DNA from: a virus
Lineage: Duplodnaviria > Caudoviricetes
IMG/VR virus record: IMGVR_UViG_3300042445_001485
DNA: 64,000 nt
Strand: one strand, 5' to 3'
Position numbers and translations under genes: made by a program. The notes under the pieces are model-generated. The model was not told the DNA's origin and ran no database searches. It saw only the letters and a program-made list of their open reading frames with translations. How positions within the stretch are numbered: the stretch's first letter is position 1; each line of letters begins with the position of its first letter. Below are positions 54,711 through 63,521 of this stretch, in pieces.

Positions 54711-54711
54711 A

Positions 54712-55338
54712 TTATTTCTGTCCTGGAACTGGTGCGCCAACAGCACCTGCGGGCACGGCAGTCTGTTGTGCTTGTTGTTGTTTCTTTTGCTCGGCATTGG
54801 CCTGTTTGATTAATTCTTGGAATTTGCCTTGTAGCTGTGGGTTGCTCATGATGGGTGCTAATACCGGCGCTAGATCATTGTTTTTGTCATTCATGGTCTG
54901 CATGTCAACATCAGCACCAGCTGATTTTAATTTAGAGATACCTTGTTGCAATGCGGCATCTTGTTTTGTTTTTTGTTGTTGTGCAAGTTTGGCCTGTGCG
55001 GCTAAAATTGCTGGATCTTGATTTGGTTGATTGAGATTGGGATTTTGCTGTTGACCTGCTGGCGCGGGCATCGGAGGAACAGGAGCCTCGTTAACAAAAT
55101 CTCTATACTCACGCATCAAGTCTCTGGCGGGTGTTTCGTGTAGTGCGGCTTCTAAATCACGCAGAATGCTTTCACCACCAACCAGGCGGTTTTGAAATGG
55201 ATGTTGACCTTTTTTACCCACAGCCCGATCTGTACCACGAACTTGATCACCGGGCCGTTGTTTGGGCTCGCCAGCAAACTTGACCTTGGAACCTTCTTCC
55301 AGTGCCGACAGCTGTCTTAGTAGGTCACGCATACTCAT
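54712..55338 (-). CDS. Gln/Pro-rich hypothetical (putative virion) protein
   Basis: 208 aa; N-terminus MSMRDLLRQLSALEE. Confidence 0.7.
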   Translation of the reverse strand: MSMRDLLRQLSALEEGSKVKFAGEPKQRPGDQVRGTDRAVGKKGQHPFQNRLVGGESILRDLEAALHETPARDLMREYRDFVNEAPVPPMPAPAGQQQNPNLNQPNQDPAILAAQAKLAQQQKTKQDAALQQGISKLKSAGADVDMQTMNDKNNDLAPVLAPIMSNPQLQGKFQELIKQANAEQKKQQQAQQTAVPAGAVGAPVPGQK

Positions 55339-55826
55339 TAATAAACGCCTTTACCAATCTTTGGCTGTTTTGTTTTCATTGCATTACCATATTTTTTAAC
55401 AGCGGCTGATTCTTGTTTGATACGGCGTTGCACAGGAGTTGTGGATCCTATTGCACCGATGGCCATACCACCTGCGGTACTGGCACCAACACTGGCAGAC
55501 TCTGCTACAACTTCTTCGAATCGACGATCAGCAGATTCATAAGCAAACGCAGGCATTGCGCCCGATTCTTGTTCTTTATGCTCGTAACTCAAATACTCAT
55601 AAACAGTACGCAAGTAATCATTGGCCAGGGTGATCTTTTCACTAACCCATCCTTCCAGTTGTCCTGTCTCTTTTATACCTTGCAAAATTTTGTGCAGTTT
55701 GATGGCATAGTCTGCGGCATTGTAGCAGTCAGCACGGGCCATTTGTACTTCATGGTCGCCATGCATTTCATTGGCATCTTGTGCTATAAATGGGTTGTGT
55801 TCTACAATAAAATCTGTTGGTTTCAT
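55338..55826 (-). CDS. Hypothetical (putative virion) protein
   Basis: N-terminus MKPTDFIVE; ATAAATA at 55848-55854 upstream. Confidence 0.7.
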   Translation of the reverse strand: MKPTDFIVEHNPFIAQDANEMHGDHEVQMARADCYNAADYAIKLHKILQGIKETGQLEGWVSEKITLANDYLRTVYEYLSYEHKEQESGAMPAFAYESADRRFEEVVAESASVGASTAGGMAIGAIGSTTPVQRRIKQESAAVKKYGNAMKTKQPKIGKGVY

Positions 55827-55855
55827 ATCCTGATCCTGGTTATGCTATATTTATG

Positions 55856-56137
55856 TTATACTATTTCGAATACTGTATTCCCAGCAGGGGTAACCCCGTC
55901 TACCATTATACGATCCACAGTAAATGTACCTAAATGCGGATCTATATTTTCTATCCGTAATTTATGAGTTCCAACCGGTGCTTCTATTATAACTGTTTCT
56001 TCAATGTATTGATCTTCTCGCCAAACAAATGTTCGCTCTGTCATTAAATCATCATCAACATATACTCTATATCTAGGACTTTGATTATCGTAATAGCAAT
56101 GAACATCAAATTTTAATTCGGCATAGCGTAATAACAT
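55856..56137 (-). CDS. Hypothetical beta-rich protein
   Basis: 93 aa; pattern resembles 56792-57265. Confidence 0.65.
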   Translation of the reverse strand: MLLRYAELKFDVHCYYDNQSPRYRVYVDDDLMTERTFVWREDQYIEETVIIEAPVGTHKLRIENIDPHLGTFTVDRIMVDGVTPAGNTVFEIV

Positions 56138-56140
56138 ATA

Positions 56141-56746
56141 TTATCCTAGGTATTTGTCTAGTATTTGATGTGCGGCCCGGGGATTCTTTGGATATAGATC
56201 GTTGACAATTTGAGATTTTTGTTCCGGACTTGCTTTGGGCCACATTGTACGAATTTGCGTAGCACTAGTAACGCCACTGGGACCTGCAGGGAATTCCACT
56301 GTGGGCAAGTAGGCCATATAACCATGCTGACTCATTGGAGCAGGTGTTTTGCTGTAAGGTTGGAGGTATGCTGGATTACCATCCTTCTTAACACCACCGG
56401 CGTATGGTGGTTCATCCTGGTCTTTAACACTACGGGCAAATACTAATACAGTTGTAGCCGGATCGTAATTGGCGGTAATTTCTTTGGCCTGGAATGGACT
56501 TTTAACTTGTACAAATCGTCCTGCAGGAACACCGGCAATTTGTGCTAGCCGTGCCTTATCTGCAATATCAAATGGTCTGTTGGCTTTGTCATTGGTGGCC
56601 GCATAGTAAATATCAGCACCAGGGAACATCTTCTGTGCAGAAGTGTACAGGCTTAGATGCCCGGGATGAAAGGGATGGAACCCACCGGGTAATATAACCA
56701 CAGTCTTTTCGGCTGGTTTTGCTTCAAACAGTTCAAAAATTAACAT
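56141..56746 (-). CDS. HIGH-motif nucleotidyltransferase (cytidylyltransferase-like)
   Basis: PGGFHPFHPGH and SATQIR; start MLIFELFE. Confidence 0.7.
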   Translation of the reverse strand: MLIFELFEAKPAEKTVVILPGGFHPFHPGHLSLYTSAQKMFPGADIYYAATNDKANRPFDIADKARLAQIAGVPAGRFVQVKSPFQAKEITANYDPATTVLVFARSVKDQDEPPYAGGVKKDGNPAYLQPYSKTPAPMSQHGYMAYLPTVEFPAGPSGVTSATQIRTMWPKASPEQKSQIVNDLYPKNPRAAHQILDKYLG

Positions 56747-56768
56747 AGTATTATATTTAGCAGGAAAC

Positions 56769-56788
56769 AAAAAAGGCCCTTGCGGGCC
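56769..56788 (-). terminator. Rho-independent terminator
   Basis: Minus strand GGCCC-GCAA-GGGCC followed by TTTTTT. Confidence 0.8.
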
Positions 56789-56791
56789 AAT

Positions 56792-57265
56792 TTAAATGTT
56801 TTCCAATAGCCAAATGTAAAATGGACTACTAAAAGGCAGTTCGTAAGTACCGTTAAAACCAAGATTTATACAGTTGGCCCATTCTGTGCTATTGGGCTCA
56901 GGCCAATCATGCGGAGTATCGTACTTGAAGGTGCTTTTCATTTGCACCAAGGTGCCCAGTTCAATGTCATCTACTTCAATTTCCTCAATGTTTAACAACA
57001 TGTCCTTGACAATCACATGATTATCGGGATCTGATATATCTGTGACAGTATCGGTTACTTGTTTGTTATCAAGTCTGATACGCAATACATGGGCGGCGTC
57101 TTCGTTGATTTCGCAATCAAATTCTACATACTCCGATTTTCCACTGTCCTTGGAAATTTCAGCATTGATATACTCCGTATCATCAATGCTGATAGTGTAG
57201 TGGGGTCGCTTGTCCCAATAAGTACCGCTTAATTTGATTTTAAAGTGTATTTTTTCTGTAGACAT
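56792..57265 (-). CDS. Hypothetical beta-sandwich-like protein
   Basis: 157 aa ORF; C-terminus FSSPFYIWLLENI. Confidence 0.7.
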   Translation of the reverse strand: MSTEKIHFKIKLSGTYWDKRPHYTISIDDTEYINAEISKDSGKSEYVEFDCEINEDAAHVLRIRLDNKQVTDTVTDISDPDNHVIVKDMLLNIEEIEVDDIELGTLVQMKSTFKYDTPHDWPEPNSTEWANCINLGFNGTYELPFSSPFYIWLLENI

Positions 57266-57274
57266 TTGATCACC

Positions 57275-58180
57275 TTATGTTGCAGTTGCAGTTTCAACTT
57301 TTTGGTTGCCTTTGGCAGCCATGTCAATGGCGTCTCGTAGTGCGGCAGGTGCTCCACCTGGCAATGCGCTACTGGCTTCATTGCCAAATTTTGGCATCTT
57401 GCTCAAGTCTCCGGCAAACTCGTAGTGTCCGATGTGGTTCAACAACACTTTACCGTGTGCCCAAATCTCGCCACCAATGGCAGCCCAGCGTCTGCAGAAC
57501 AACCAATCTTCACTTAGATAGTGTCCGCGAGCATCAATATTACAATCAAAGATACTATACATCATTGGCTCGTATTGTTTGCCCAAGCCAACATCATCTA
57601 CATACTTGCACTCTGGGTGAGCCTCAATTAGTTTCTCGTATACATGACGCTTGAACAACAAGAAGCCTGTACCCATTGTATCAACTGTAAAGATGTCACC
57701 TTGAATCTTAGTTTCTGGACGCAAGTTAATCACATAGTTAACTGGCAGGGCCTTCTTAGGATACAGGCCACCAATGACATCCTTGTCACAGGCAATCATT
57801 TTAAGAATAGCATCTGGTTCAAAGCGAATGTCTGCGTCAATAAACAAGAAATGTGTGGCTTCTTTGTTGGTCATCATCTTGGCCATCAGGTTGTTACGAG
57901 CGCGAGTAACCAAGCTCTCATTAACCATAGTGTCTAAGCTCCAATTTAAGCCTGCCTGTTGTGCCAACAAGATAAAACGCAAAAAGCTGGTCATGGTAGG
58001 TTCACTGACCATACCGCCGTAGCAGGGAATGCCAATGTGCAAATGTGTTTTACTAAAATCAAACGGTGCACCCGGACCTTGTTGTACAGGTGCTTGTGTT
58101 TGTTGCTGTGCCCTAGCGGCCGCGGCTTTTTTGATCAACTCTACAGCGGCAGATTGATTAATCTTTTTTTCTTTACTCAT
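57275..58180 (-). CDS. GT-A fold glycosyltransferase-like protein
   Basis: IGIPCYGG, ESLVTRARN, FIDADI (DxD), GTGFLL and SEDWLFCRRW. Confidence 0.75.
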   Translation of the reverse strand: MSKEKKINQSAAVELIKKAAAARAQQQTQAPVQQGPGAPFDFSKTHLHIGIPCYGGMVSEPTMTSFLRFILLAQQAGLNWSLDTMVNESLVTRARNNLMAKMMTNKEATHFLFIDADIRFEPDAILKMIACDKDVIGGLYPKKALPVNYVINLRPETKIQGDIFTVDTMGTGFLLFKRHVYEKLIEAHPECKYVDDVGLGKQYEPMMYSIFDCNIDARGHYLSEDWLFCRRWAAIGGEIWAHGKVLLNHIGHYEFAGDLSKMPKFGNEASSALPGGAPAALRDAIDMAAKGNQKVETATAT

Positions 58181-58201
58181 TGATTACTTTCTTAGGTTTG
58201 T

Positions 58202-58366
58202 TTATGCTTTGCTAACTTCAACTACCACGCCCGTGCCCAACAGCTCTTCGGCTACTGATGCTAGTGCTACAAGTGTATCTGTATCTACAATATCTTGTGT
58301 TTGTTCATCGTTTTTTACTAATCGACTAACTGTAATGACGATTGCTTCTTCTTGAATTTTAGCCAT
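58202..58366 (-). CDS. 54 aa hypothetical protein (not in the ORF track)
   Basis: MAKIQEEAIVITVSRLVK...VVVEVSKA; GGAG SD and ATAAATA at 58390-58396. Confidence 0.65.
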   Translation of the reverse strand: MAKIQEEAIVITVSRLVKNDEQTQDIVDTDTLVALASVAEELLGTGVVVEVSKA

Positions 58367-58396
58367 TGGGCTTCTCCTTGATATGCAAGTATTTAT

Positions 58397-59113
58397 TTAG
58401 GCAATGACCACTGGATGAATATTTAATACGCAACCCGGATGTATCAGTTCCAAAAAGGTAGTTATCCGCGTATCGTTGGCATAAAACCAAATACTCCAAA
58501 AACCATTATATTTTGAATCTAACATTCGTTTAACACCCGGAGAAACTTTAACTTCGTCTGTGCCCATACTCTCTAAATAGTTAAGAATTTGTTGTTTAGT
58601 AGCAACATCACAGCGACCGTCGCGCAGTACAACTTTATATTGATACCCAAATTCTTTCTTGCGTATAATTACACCGTTTTTAAGCAATTCTTGTGTGGCA
58701 TCATCAGCAGGACCCGACACAGATAATAATATAGTTGAGTACTTTGTTTCAATTTGGTCAACCATGTCTTTTAACTCGGTTTCAGTTTCTGTATAAAACT
58801 GTACTTCGGGTTCTTCAATACGCATCTTAATGTGCGGATTGGCATCTTTTAATTCACGAATAATGTGTAGTAATTCTACATCTATAATATCGTTTAAAGA
58901 AGCACCCTTGCCCCAATAACCTCCGGGATTGAATTGCCGGAAATGCCGTCTTGATTCAACAGCTTCAGCATAGTCTCTGTTTTCGTATATAATACGCCCG
59001 CCAGGCACAGACAATTTTATTCGATATAGATATTTTCCAAAAAACTGTTTGGTAGTTTCTTCGAATTGAATCGAATAGTTTTTATTTTTCCAGTACAATA
59101 TATCCATGCTCAT
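58397..59113 (-). CDS. Hypothetical protein
   Basis: About 238 aa ORF following clpA. Confidence 0.7.
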   Translation of the reverse strand: MSMDILYWKNKNYSIQFEETTKQFFGKYLYRIKLSVPGGRIIYENRDYAEAVESRRHFRQFNPGGYWGKGASLNDIIDVELLHIIRELKDANPHIKMRIEEPEVQFYTETETELKDMVDQIETKYSTILLSVSGPADDATQELLKNGVIIRKKEFGYQYKVVLRDGRCDVATKQQILNYLESMGTDEVKVSPGVKRMLDSKYNGFWSIWFYANDTRITTFLELIHPGCVLNIHPVVIA

Positions 59114-61376
59114 CCACAATAGGGGGTGCTTCGATTACCAGTCTGCTGTCAAAGGTAAATTCTGTTTTGTTCCAGTCTACTGTAATGCTACTGTTGGCAG
59201 GCACACGCTCAAACAAGATCTTTTTACTCAGTGGCACTTTGATCAAATCGTTGATTTTCCTTGCAATAGGTCTAGCACCCATTTTATCATCATATCCAAT
59301 TTCACTCAGATAGTTGATTGCATTTTCTGTAAGTCGTATACGGATATGTTTGTCTTCAAGTAGTTCATTGACTTCGTTAATAAACTTTGCCACCACTTTC
59401 TTAATGCTTAACTTATCTAGTTTATTAAATTTACAGATAGCATCTAGACGATTGCGGAACTCAGGTTTGAAGAAATCTTTAACAGCCTTGTCGTCTTCGT
59501 CTGTTTTATCAACACTACCAAAACCAATTGATTTGCGTTCGTTGTCAGCGGCACCCAAATTACTAGTCAGTATAACAATGCTGTTACGGGCGTCTGCTTT
59601 TTTACCGTTACTACTGGTTACATTACCCTCGTCCATTAATTGTAATAATATATTACTGACATCTGGGTGTGCTTTTTCAATTTCGTCAAACAAAATAACA
59701 GCATTGGGACTCTTTTCTAAATCACTAATTAGCAGTCCGCCACCCAAGTTACTGTCCTCGTAGCCTACATACCCCGGGGGTGCACCGATCAGTTTACTGG
59801 CCGAATGCCGTTCTTGGTACTCACTCATGTCGTATCTTAATAGTTTCATCCCAAGGTTCTCAGCTAACAGTTTAGCAAATTCAGTTTTACCTGTGCCTGT
59901 TGGTCCCAGAAATAAGAAGCTACCAATTGGTTTATTAATGGCTTTTAATCCTGCACGACTGACATAGATTCTTTCTAACACAGAATCTACTACATTATCT
60001 TGTCCGTATAGTTTGGTTTTTACATTGCCTTCTAAGTTATCTAGACTCTTAACTGTCTCTGCACCAATTTGATCTGCTGGTATTTTTGTAAACTTACTAA
60101 TGGTGTTAATAATATCAGCTCTAGTAATAGTCCAATCGTTTTTAATTAATTTAATAGATGCACAGGCAGTATCTATTAAGTCGATTGCTTTATCAGGCAG
60201 TTTTTTATCTGTTTGATATCTAACACTTAGATCAACAGCACTATCTATTGCAGAAGCGTCAATGGTACCACCATGAAACTCTTCAAAGTATTCTTTTAGT
60301 CCACGCAAAATATCTTTGGCAACCGCAGGGGTCGGTTCTTCAACTGTTAATCGATAGAAACGACGCATCAATGCACGATCCTTTTCAAAGCTCTGTGTAT
60401 ATTCAGCCCAAGTTGTGCTGGCAATAACTTTTAATTGTCCTTTGCCCAATGCAGGTTTGATCATGTTGCTAAAATCTACTGAACTTTGTGATCCAGATCC
60501 TGCGCCTTGCATTTGATGAGCTTCGTCAATGAACAAAATACATCGACCTTCTTCAATTAAGGCATCAATGACTTCTCGTACTTTTTCTTCAAACTCGCCG
60601 CGGTACTTACTACCCGCTAGAATAGTTCCTATATCTAGATTATATACTGAATAGTCTTTGAGATAGTTGGGCACTTCACCGTTAACAATGTTTCTTGCCA
60701 GTCCCTCGGCTATTGCAGTTTTACCAACACCAGCATCACCCACCAATAATACATTGCTTTTATTTCGTTTGGCCAATACTTGAGCTATTTCATCTAATTC
60801 AAATTCACGGCCAATGACAGGATCAATTTTGCCCAACTTTGCCAACTCAGTTAAGTTTGTACAATACTCGGCTAATACTCCATTTGATTTAATTTTCCTA
60901 GCCGCTTTCTTCCCATGTGTTTCTTTATAATTTTCGTTATAGAACTCTACTAATGCGTTTCGATCTAAGCCATACTTGATCATAAAATATGCGGCATGGC
61001 TATTTGTTTCAGTGGTCATACTTAAAAATATGTCTACTACTTGTATATGTGTACGACCGCTAAACAATACTTGAGTGAGTGCATGATTAAACATACGCTC
61101 TAGAGCATGTGTTTTTTTAGGCTCACATCCATGTTCTCTACTTATTAGATATTTTTGTGTTTCTAGATAGTTGCCAATATCATCCAGCATTGCATCTATA
61201 TCACAGCCAAATGCCACTAGTAAATCATAAAATGGTTTAAAAGATACCATGCCTTTGAGCAGGTGTTCTAAAGTGACATACTCGTGATTATGTTCTTTGG
61301 CAGAACTAATTGCAGAATTAACAATTACTTCAATTTCGGGATTGGGTTGTATGGTCATCTTGTCGTTGTGAATCAT
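59082..61376 (-). CDS. clpA: ClpA-like Hsp100 AAA+ chaperone
   Basis: HEYVTLEHLL, GKIDPVIGR, GDAGVGKT, FIDEAH, GPTGTGKT, APPGYVGY, LFDEIEKAH and PEFRNRLD; no M-domain. Confidence 0.92.
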   Translation of the reverse strand: MIHNDKMTIQPNPEIEVIVNSAISSAKEHNHEYVTLEHLLKGMVSFKPFYDLLVAFGCDIDAMLDDIGNYLETQKYLISREHGCEPKKTHALERMFNHALTQVLFSGRTHIQVVDIFLSMTTETNSHAAYFMIKYGLDRNALVEFYNENYKETHGKKAARKIKSNGVLAEYCTNLTELAKLGKIDPVIGREFELDEIAQVLAKRNKSNVLLVGDAGVGKTAIAEGLARNIVNGEVPNYLKDYSVYNLDIGTILAGSKYRGEFEEKVREVIDALIEEGRCILFIDEAHQMQGAGSGSQSSVDFSNMIKPALGKGQLKVIASTTWAEYTQSFEKDRALMRRFYRLTVEEPTPAVAKDILRGLKEYFEEFHGGTIDASAIDSAVDLSVRYQTDKKLPDKAIDLIDTACASIKLIKNDWTITRADIINTISKFTKIPADQIGAETVKSLDNLEGNVKTKLYGQDNVVDSVLERIYVSRAGLKAINKPIGSFLFLGPTGTGKTEFAKLLAENLGMKLLRYDMSEYQERHSASKLIGAPPGYVGYEDSNLGGGLLISDLEKSPNAVILFDEIEKAHPDVSNILLQLMDEGNVTSSNGKKADARNSIVILTSNLGAADNERKSIGFGSVDKTDEDDKAVKDFFKPEFRNRLDAICKFNKLDKLSIKKVVAKFINEVNELLEDKHIRIRLTENAINYLSEIGYDDKMGARPIARKINDLIKVPLSKKILFERVPANSSITVDWNKTEFTFDSRLVIEAPPIVDEHGYIVLEK

Positions 61377-61385
61377 TGTAACGCA

Positions 61386-61414
61386 ATTATATAGTGTAAC
61401 CTACATAATTGCAA
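61386..61414 (-). promoter_or_regulatory. Sigma70-type promoter for clpA
   Basis: TTGCAA-N17-TATAAT. Confidence 0.7.
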
Positions 61415-61426
61415 CCTTTAAAATAT

Positions 61427-62281
61427 TTATTGGTTAAGTTGAATTTGTCGGATTAAATCCAACTGCTGATTTGTTAGAGTCTGTGGTATACTAACCGTAA
61501 TTTCTACAAGTAAGTTGCCCCGTATCGTTTGTCCAAGATGATATAGCCCTTGGTCACGCACACGCATCATAGTACCAGGTTGTGTTCCGGCTGGTATTTG
61601 TAGTTCAAACACACGACCATCTAATCCAGTGATTTCAGTAACTCCACCTGTTATGGCATCTAGGCAGTTAATACTAACCTTTGAAATTAAATCAATACCG
61701 TCAATTCTGAATCTAGGATCAGGTGTTACATTAAACACAACATAAAGGTCTCCGCGTTGTAATGTATTAAACATGTTATCGCCAAGTCCTGCATATTTTA
61801 TTTGTGCTCCGTGGTGTATGCCACGCGGCACTGTTACCTCTACTGTTTCTCTATGCCCTGTTGTTGTTTGTACACTGAGTGTTTTCTTTTGCTCTTGCAA
61901 TGCCTCTATCAACGGTATATGCAACTCAACTCTTAGATCTTTGTTCTTTCTAGGATGCCGTTGCCCAAACGGACTACCCTGCCCAAATGCTCCACCAGGA
62001 AAACCAAAGTTTTTTAGTATGTCTTCCATGCCGGGTGGCATACCATTGAAGTCTTGACCGTTAACAGTAAACCTCATGCCTCCAGGATTACGACGCTCTT
62101 GATCATACTGTGCCCGCCGGTTGGGATCTTCCAGCACAGCGTATGCGGCCTGTATTTCTTGGAACCGTTGTGTATCGCCACCTTTGTCTGGGTGATGCTT
62201 GCTCGCGAGACCGCGATATGCTCGTTTGATTTCGTCAGCGGTTGCTGTTTCGGCAACACCTAATGTGGCATAATGAGTCAT
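61427..62281 (-). CDS. dnaJ: DnaJ/CbpA-type co-chaperone (no zinc finger)
   Basis: J domain HYATLG...HHPDKGG; C-terminal GDLYV, IPAGTQPG and GNLLV. Confidence 0.9.
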   Translation of the reverse strand: MTHYATLGVAETATADEIKRAYRGLASKHHPDKGGDTQRFQEIQAAYAVLEDPNRRAQYDQERRNPGGMRFTVNGQDFNGMPPGMEDILKNFGFPGGAFGQGSPFGQRHPRKNKDLRVELHIPLIEALQEQKKTLSVQTTTGHRETVEVTVPRGIHHGAQIKYAGLGDNMFNTLQRGDLYVVFNVTPDPRFRIDGIDLISKVSINCLDAITGGVTEITGLDGRVFELQIPAGTQPGTMMRVRDQGLYHLGQTIRGNLLVEITVSIPQTLTNQQLDLIRQIQLNQ

Positions 62282-62287
62282 TGATAT

Positions 62288-62327
62288 ATTATAAACGAGA
62301 AACCGGACGGAGTCAACCGGTCCGGTT
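62288..62327 (-). terminator. Hairpin terminator overlapping the dnaJ promoter
   Basis: AACCGGAC/GTCCGGTT stem with TTGACT in the loop, then N17-TATAAT. Confidence 0.6.
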
Positions 62328-62343
62328 CGGGCATAGTTCCAAT

Positions 62344-62547
62344 TTACTTGGCAGGAACTTTTTCGCCTTCAACCTTTTTGTGCACCTTGATGGTTTTACA
62401 GGTCTGTTGTGGCTTGCCGTCTTTGCCTGTTATGACTTTACCGGCTTTGTCTTTTTTGTCTTCACATACTTTTTTTTCTTCTCCGCCAGCATATGCAGTT
62501 GATGCCACCGCTAAACATAATCCTGCTACAAATATATAATTTTTCAT
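62344..62547 (-). CDS. Small secreted protein
   Basis: Signal peptide MKNYIFVAGLCLAVASTAYA, then a Lys-rich region with two Cys. Confidence 0.65.
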   Translation of the reverse strand: MKNYIFVAGLCLAVASTAYAGGEEKKVCEDKKDKAGKVITGKDGKPQQTCKTIKVHKKVEGEKVPAK

Positions 62548-62557
62548 ATCAATTTCC

Positions 62558-62770
62558 TTATTTGGCCGCAAACCGTTCGCTGGCTGTGAATCCTAGGCCA
62601 CCAATGACCATGTACATAAGACTGTTGAACAATCCTGCGTCTATCTTTGTGTCAAACCATGAGTTGCTGATAAACCCAGCCGCGCACAATAAAAATGACA
62701 AGAATGTAATTGTGCGTTTACTACTAATTGCACCAGTTTCGTCGCCTAACATACTCTTTAATGCATTCAT
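62558..62770 (-). CDS. Small two-TM holin-like protein
   Basis: SSKR + two TM helices + ERF basic tail. Confidence 0.55.
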   Translation of the reverse strand: MNALKSMLGDETGAISSKRTITFLSFLLCAAGFISNSWFDTKIDAGLFNSLMYMVIGGLGFTASERFAAK

Positions 62771-62772
62771 AA

Positions 62773-62916
62773 TTATCTCCAAAAGAACAATATTGTTTTT
62801 AACTTGTCGATGTACTTTTGCAAGTACCGGGTTTGTATGCTTTTTGCAAACTCAGGTTGTGGGAAATTCCATCCTACAAATGCTCCTACTGCTATCCAAA
62901 ATAATGTTTCTAACAT
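62773..62916 (-). CDS. 47 aa membrane peptide (not in the ORF track)
   Basis: MLETLFWIAVGAFVGWNFPQP...; AGGA SD. Confidence 0.6.
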   Translation of the reverse strand: MLETLFWIAVGAFVGWNFPQPEFAKSIQTRYLQKYIDKLKTILFFWR

Positions 62917-62925
62917 TGTGTTTCC

Positions 62926-63489
62926 TTAAATTAATGGTTGATCAAATCCAGGAACTATTTTTTTTCCCGAAGCTGTTGTTGCAGGTGCGCTTCCAAAGCT
63001 GCCTGAGTCAAAGCCGCCTGGTGCGGATCCAAACGATGCCGCTCCAGTGCTTGGACTGCTGTTAAAGCCTCCTGTTGCAGGTGCGCTAGGCGCTGTAAAT
63101 CCGCTGGGTGTGTTGGTTGTTGCATTTGTTGTTCCTCCAAATCCTGAACCAGCAACAGGTGCTGGTGGTGTATAACTTGTGCCTGCTCCTAGGTTAATGC
63201 CACCGTTGTTGGCACCGCCTAGTTTTTCTTGTGTACGACCGTATGCCGCTAGTCCCAGTACTGCACCCATTGCTATGTGAAATAATCCTGCACCTTGTAG
63301 AGTTAAGGGTTGCCACTGTACATTTACAGCACCCTTGCTCATGGCCTGTAGCAGACTCCATAGCACAGGAAAGCCAACAAAGTCCATGGTACACACCAGC
63401 ATGTACATCCAACCCATCATGGGACGCCACTTGCTGTTCATCCAATCTTCTTTTTTCTGTTCGCTTGCGCTTTTTACTTCTTCACTCAT
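62926..63489 (-). CDS. Holin-like membrane protein with Gly/Ser/Thr-rich tail
   Basis: SKWRPMMGWMY, TM segments and LGLAAYGRTQEK. Confidence 0.6.
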   Translation of the reverse strand: MSEEVKSASEQKKEDWMNSKWRPMMGWMYMLVCTMDFVGFPVLWSLLQAMSKGAVNVQWQPLTLQGAGLFHIAMGAVLGLAAYGRTQEKLGGANNGGINLGAGTSYTPPAPVAGSGFGGTTNATTNTPSGFTAPSAPATGGFNSSPSTGAASFGSAPGGFDSGSFGSAPATTASGKKIVPGFDQPLI

Positions 63490-63521
63490 GTCTGGCTCCT
63501 AAATGATATTGATATTTACCT

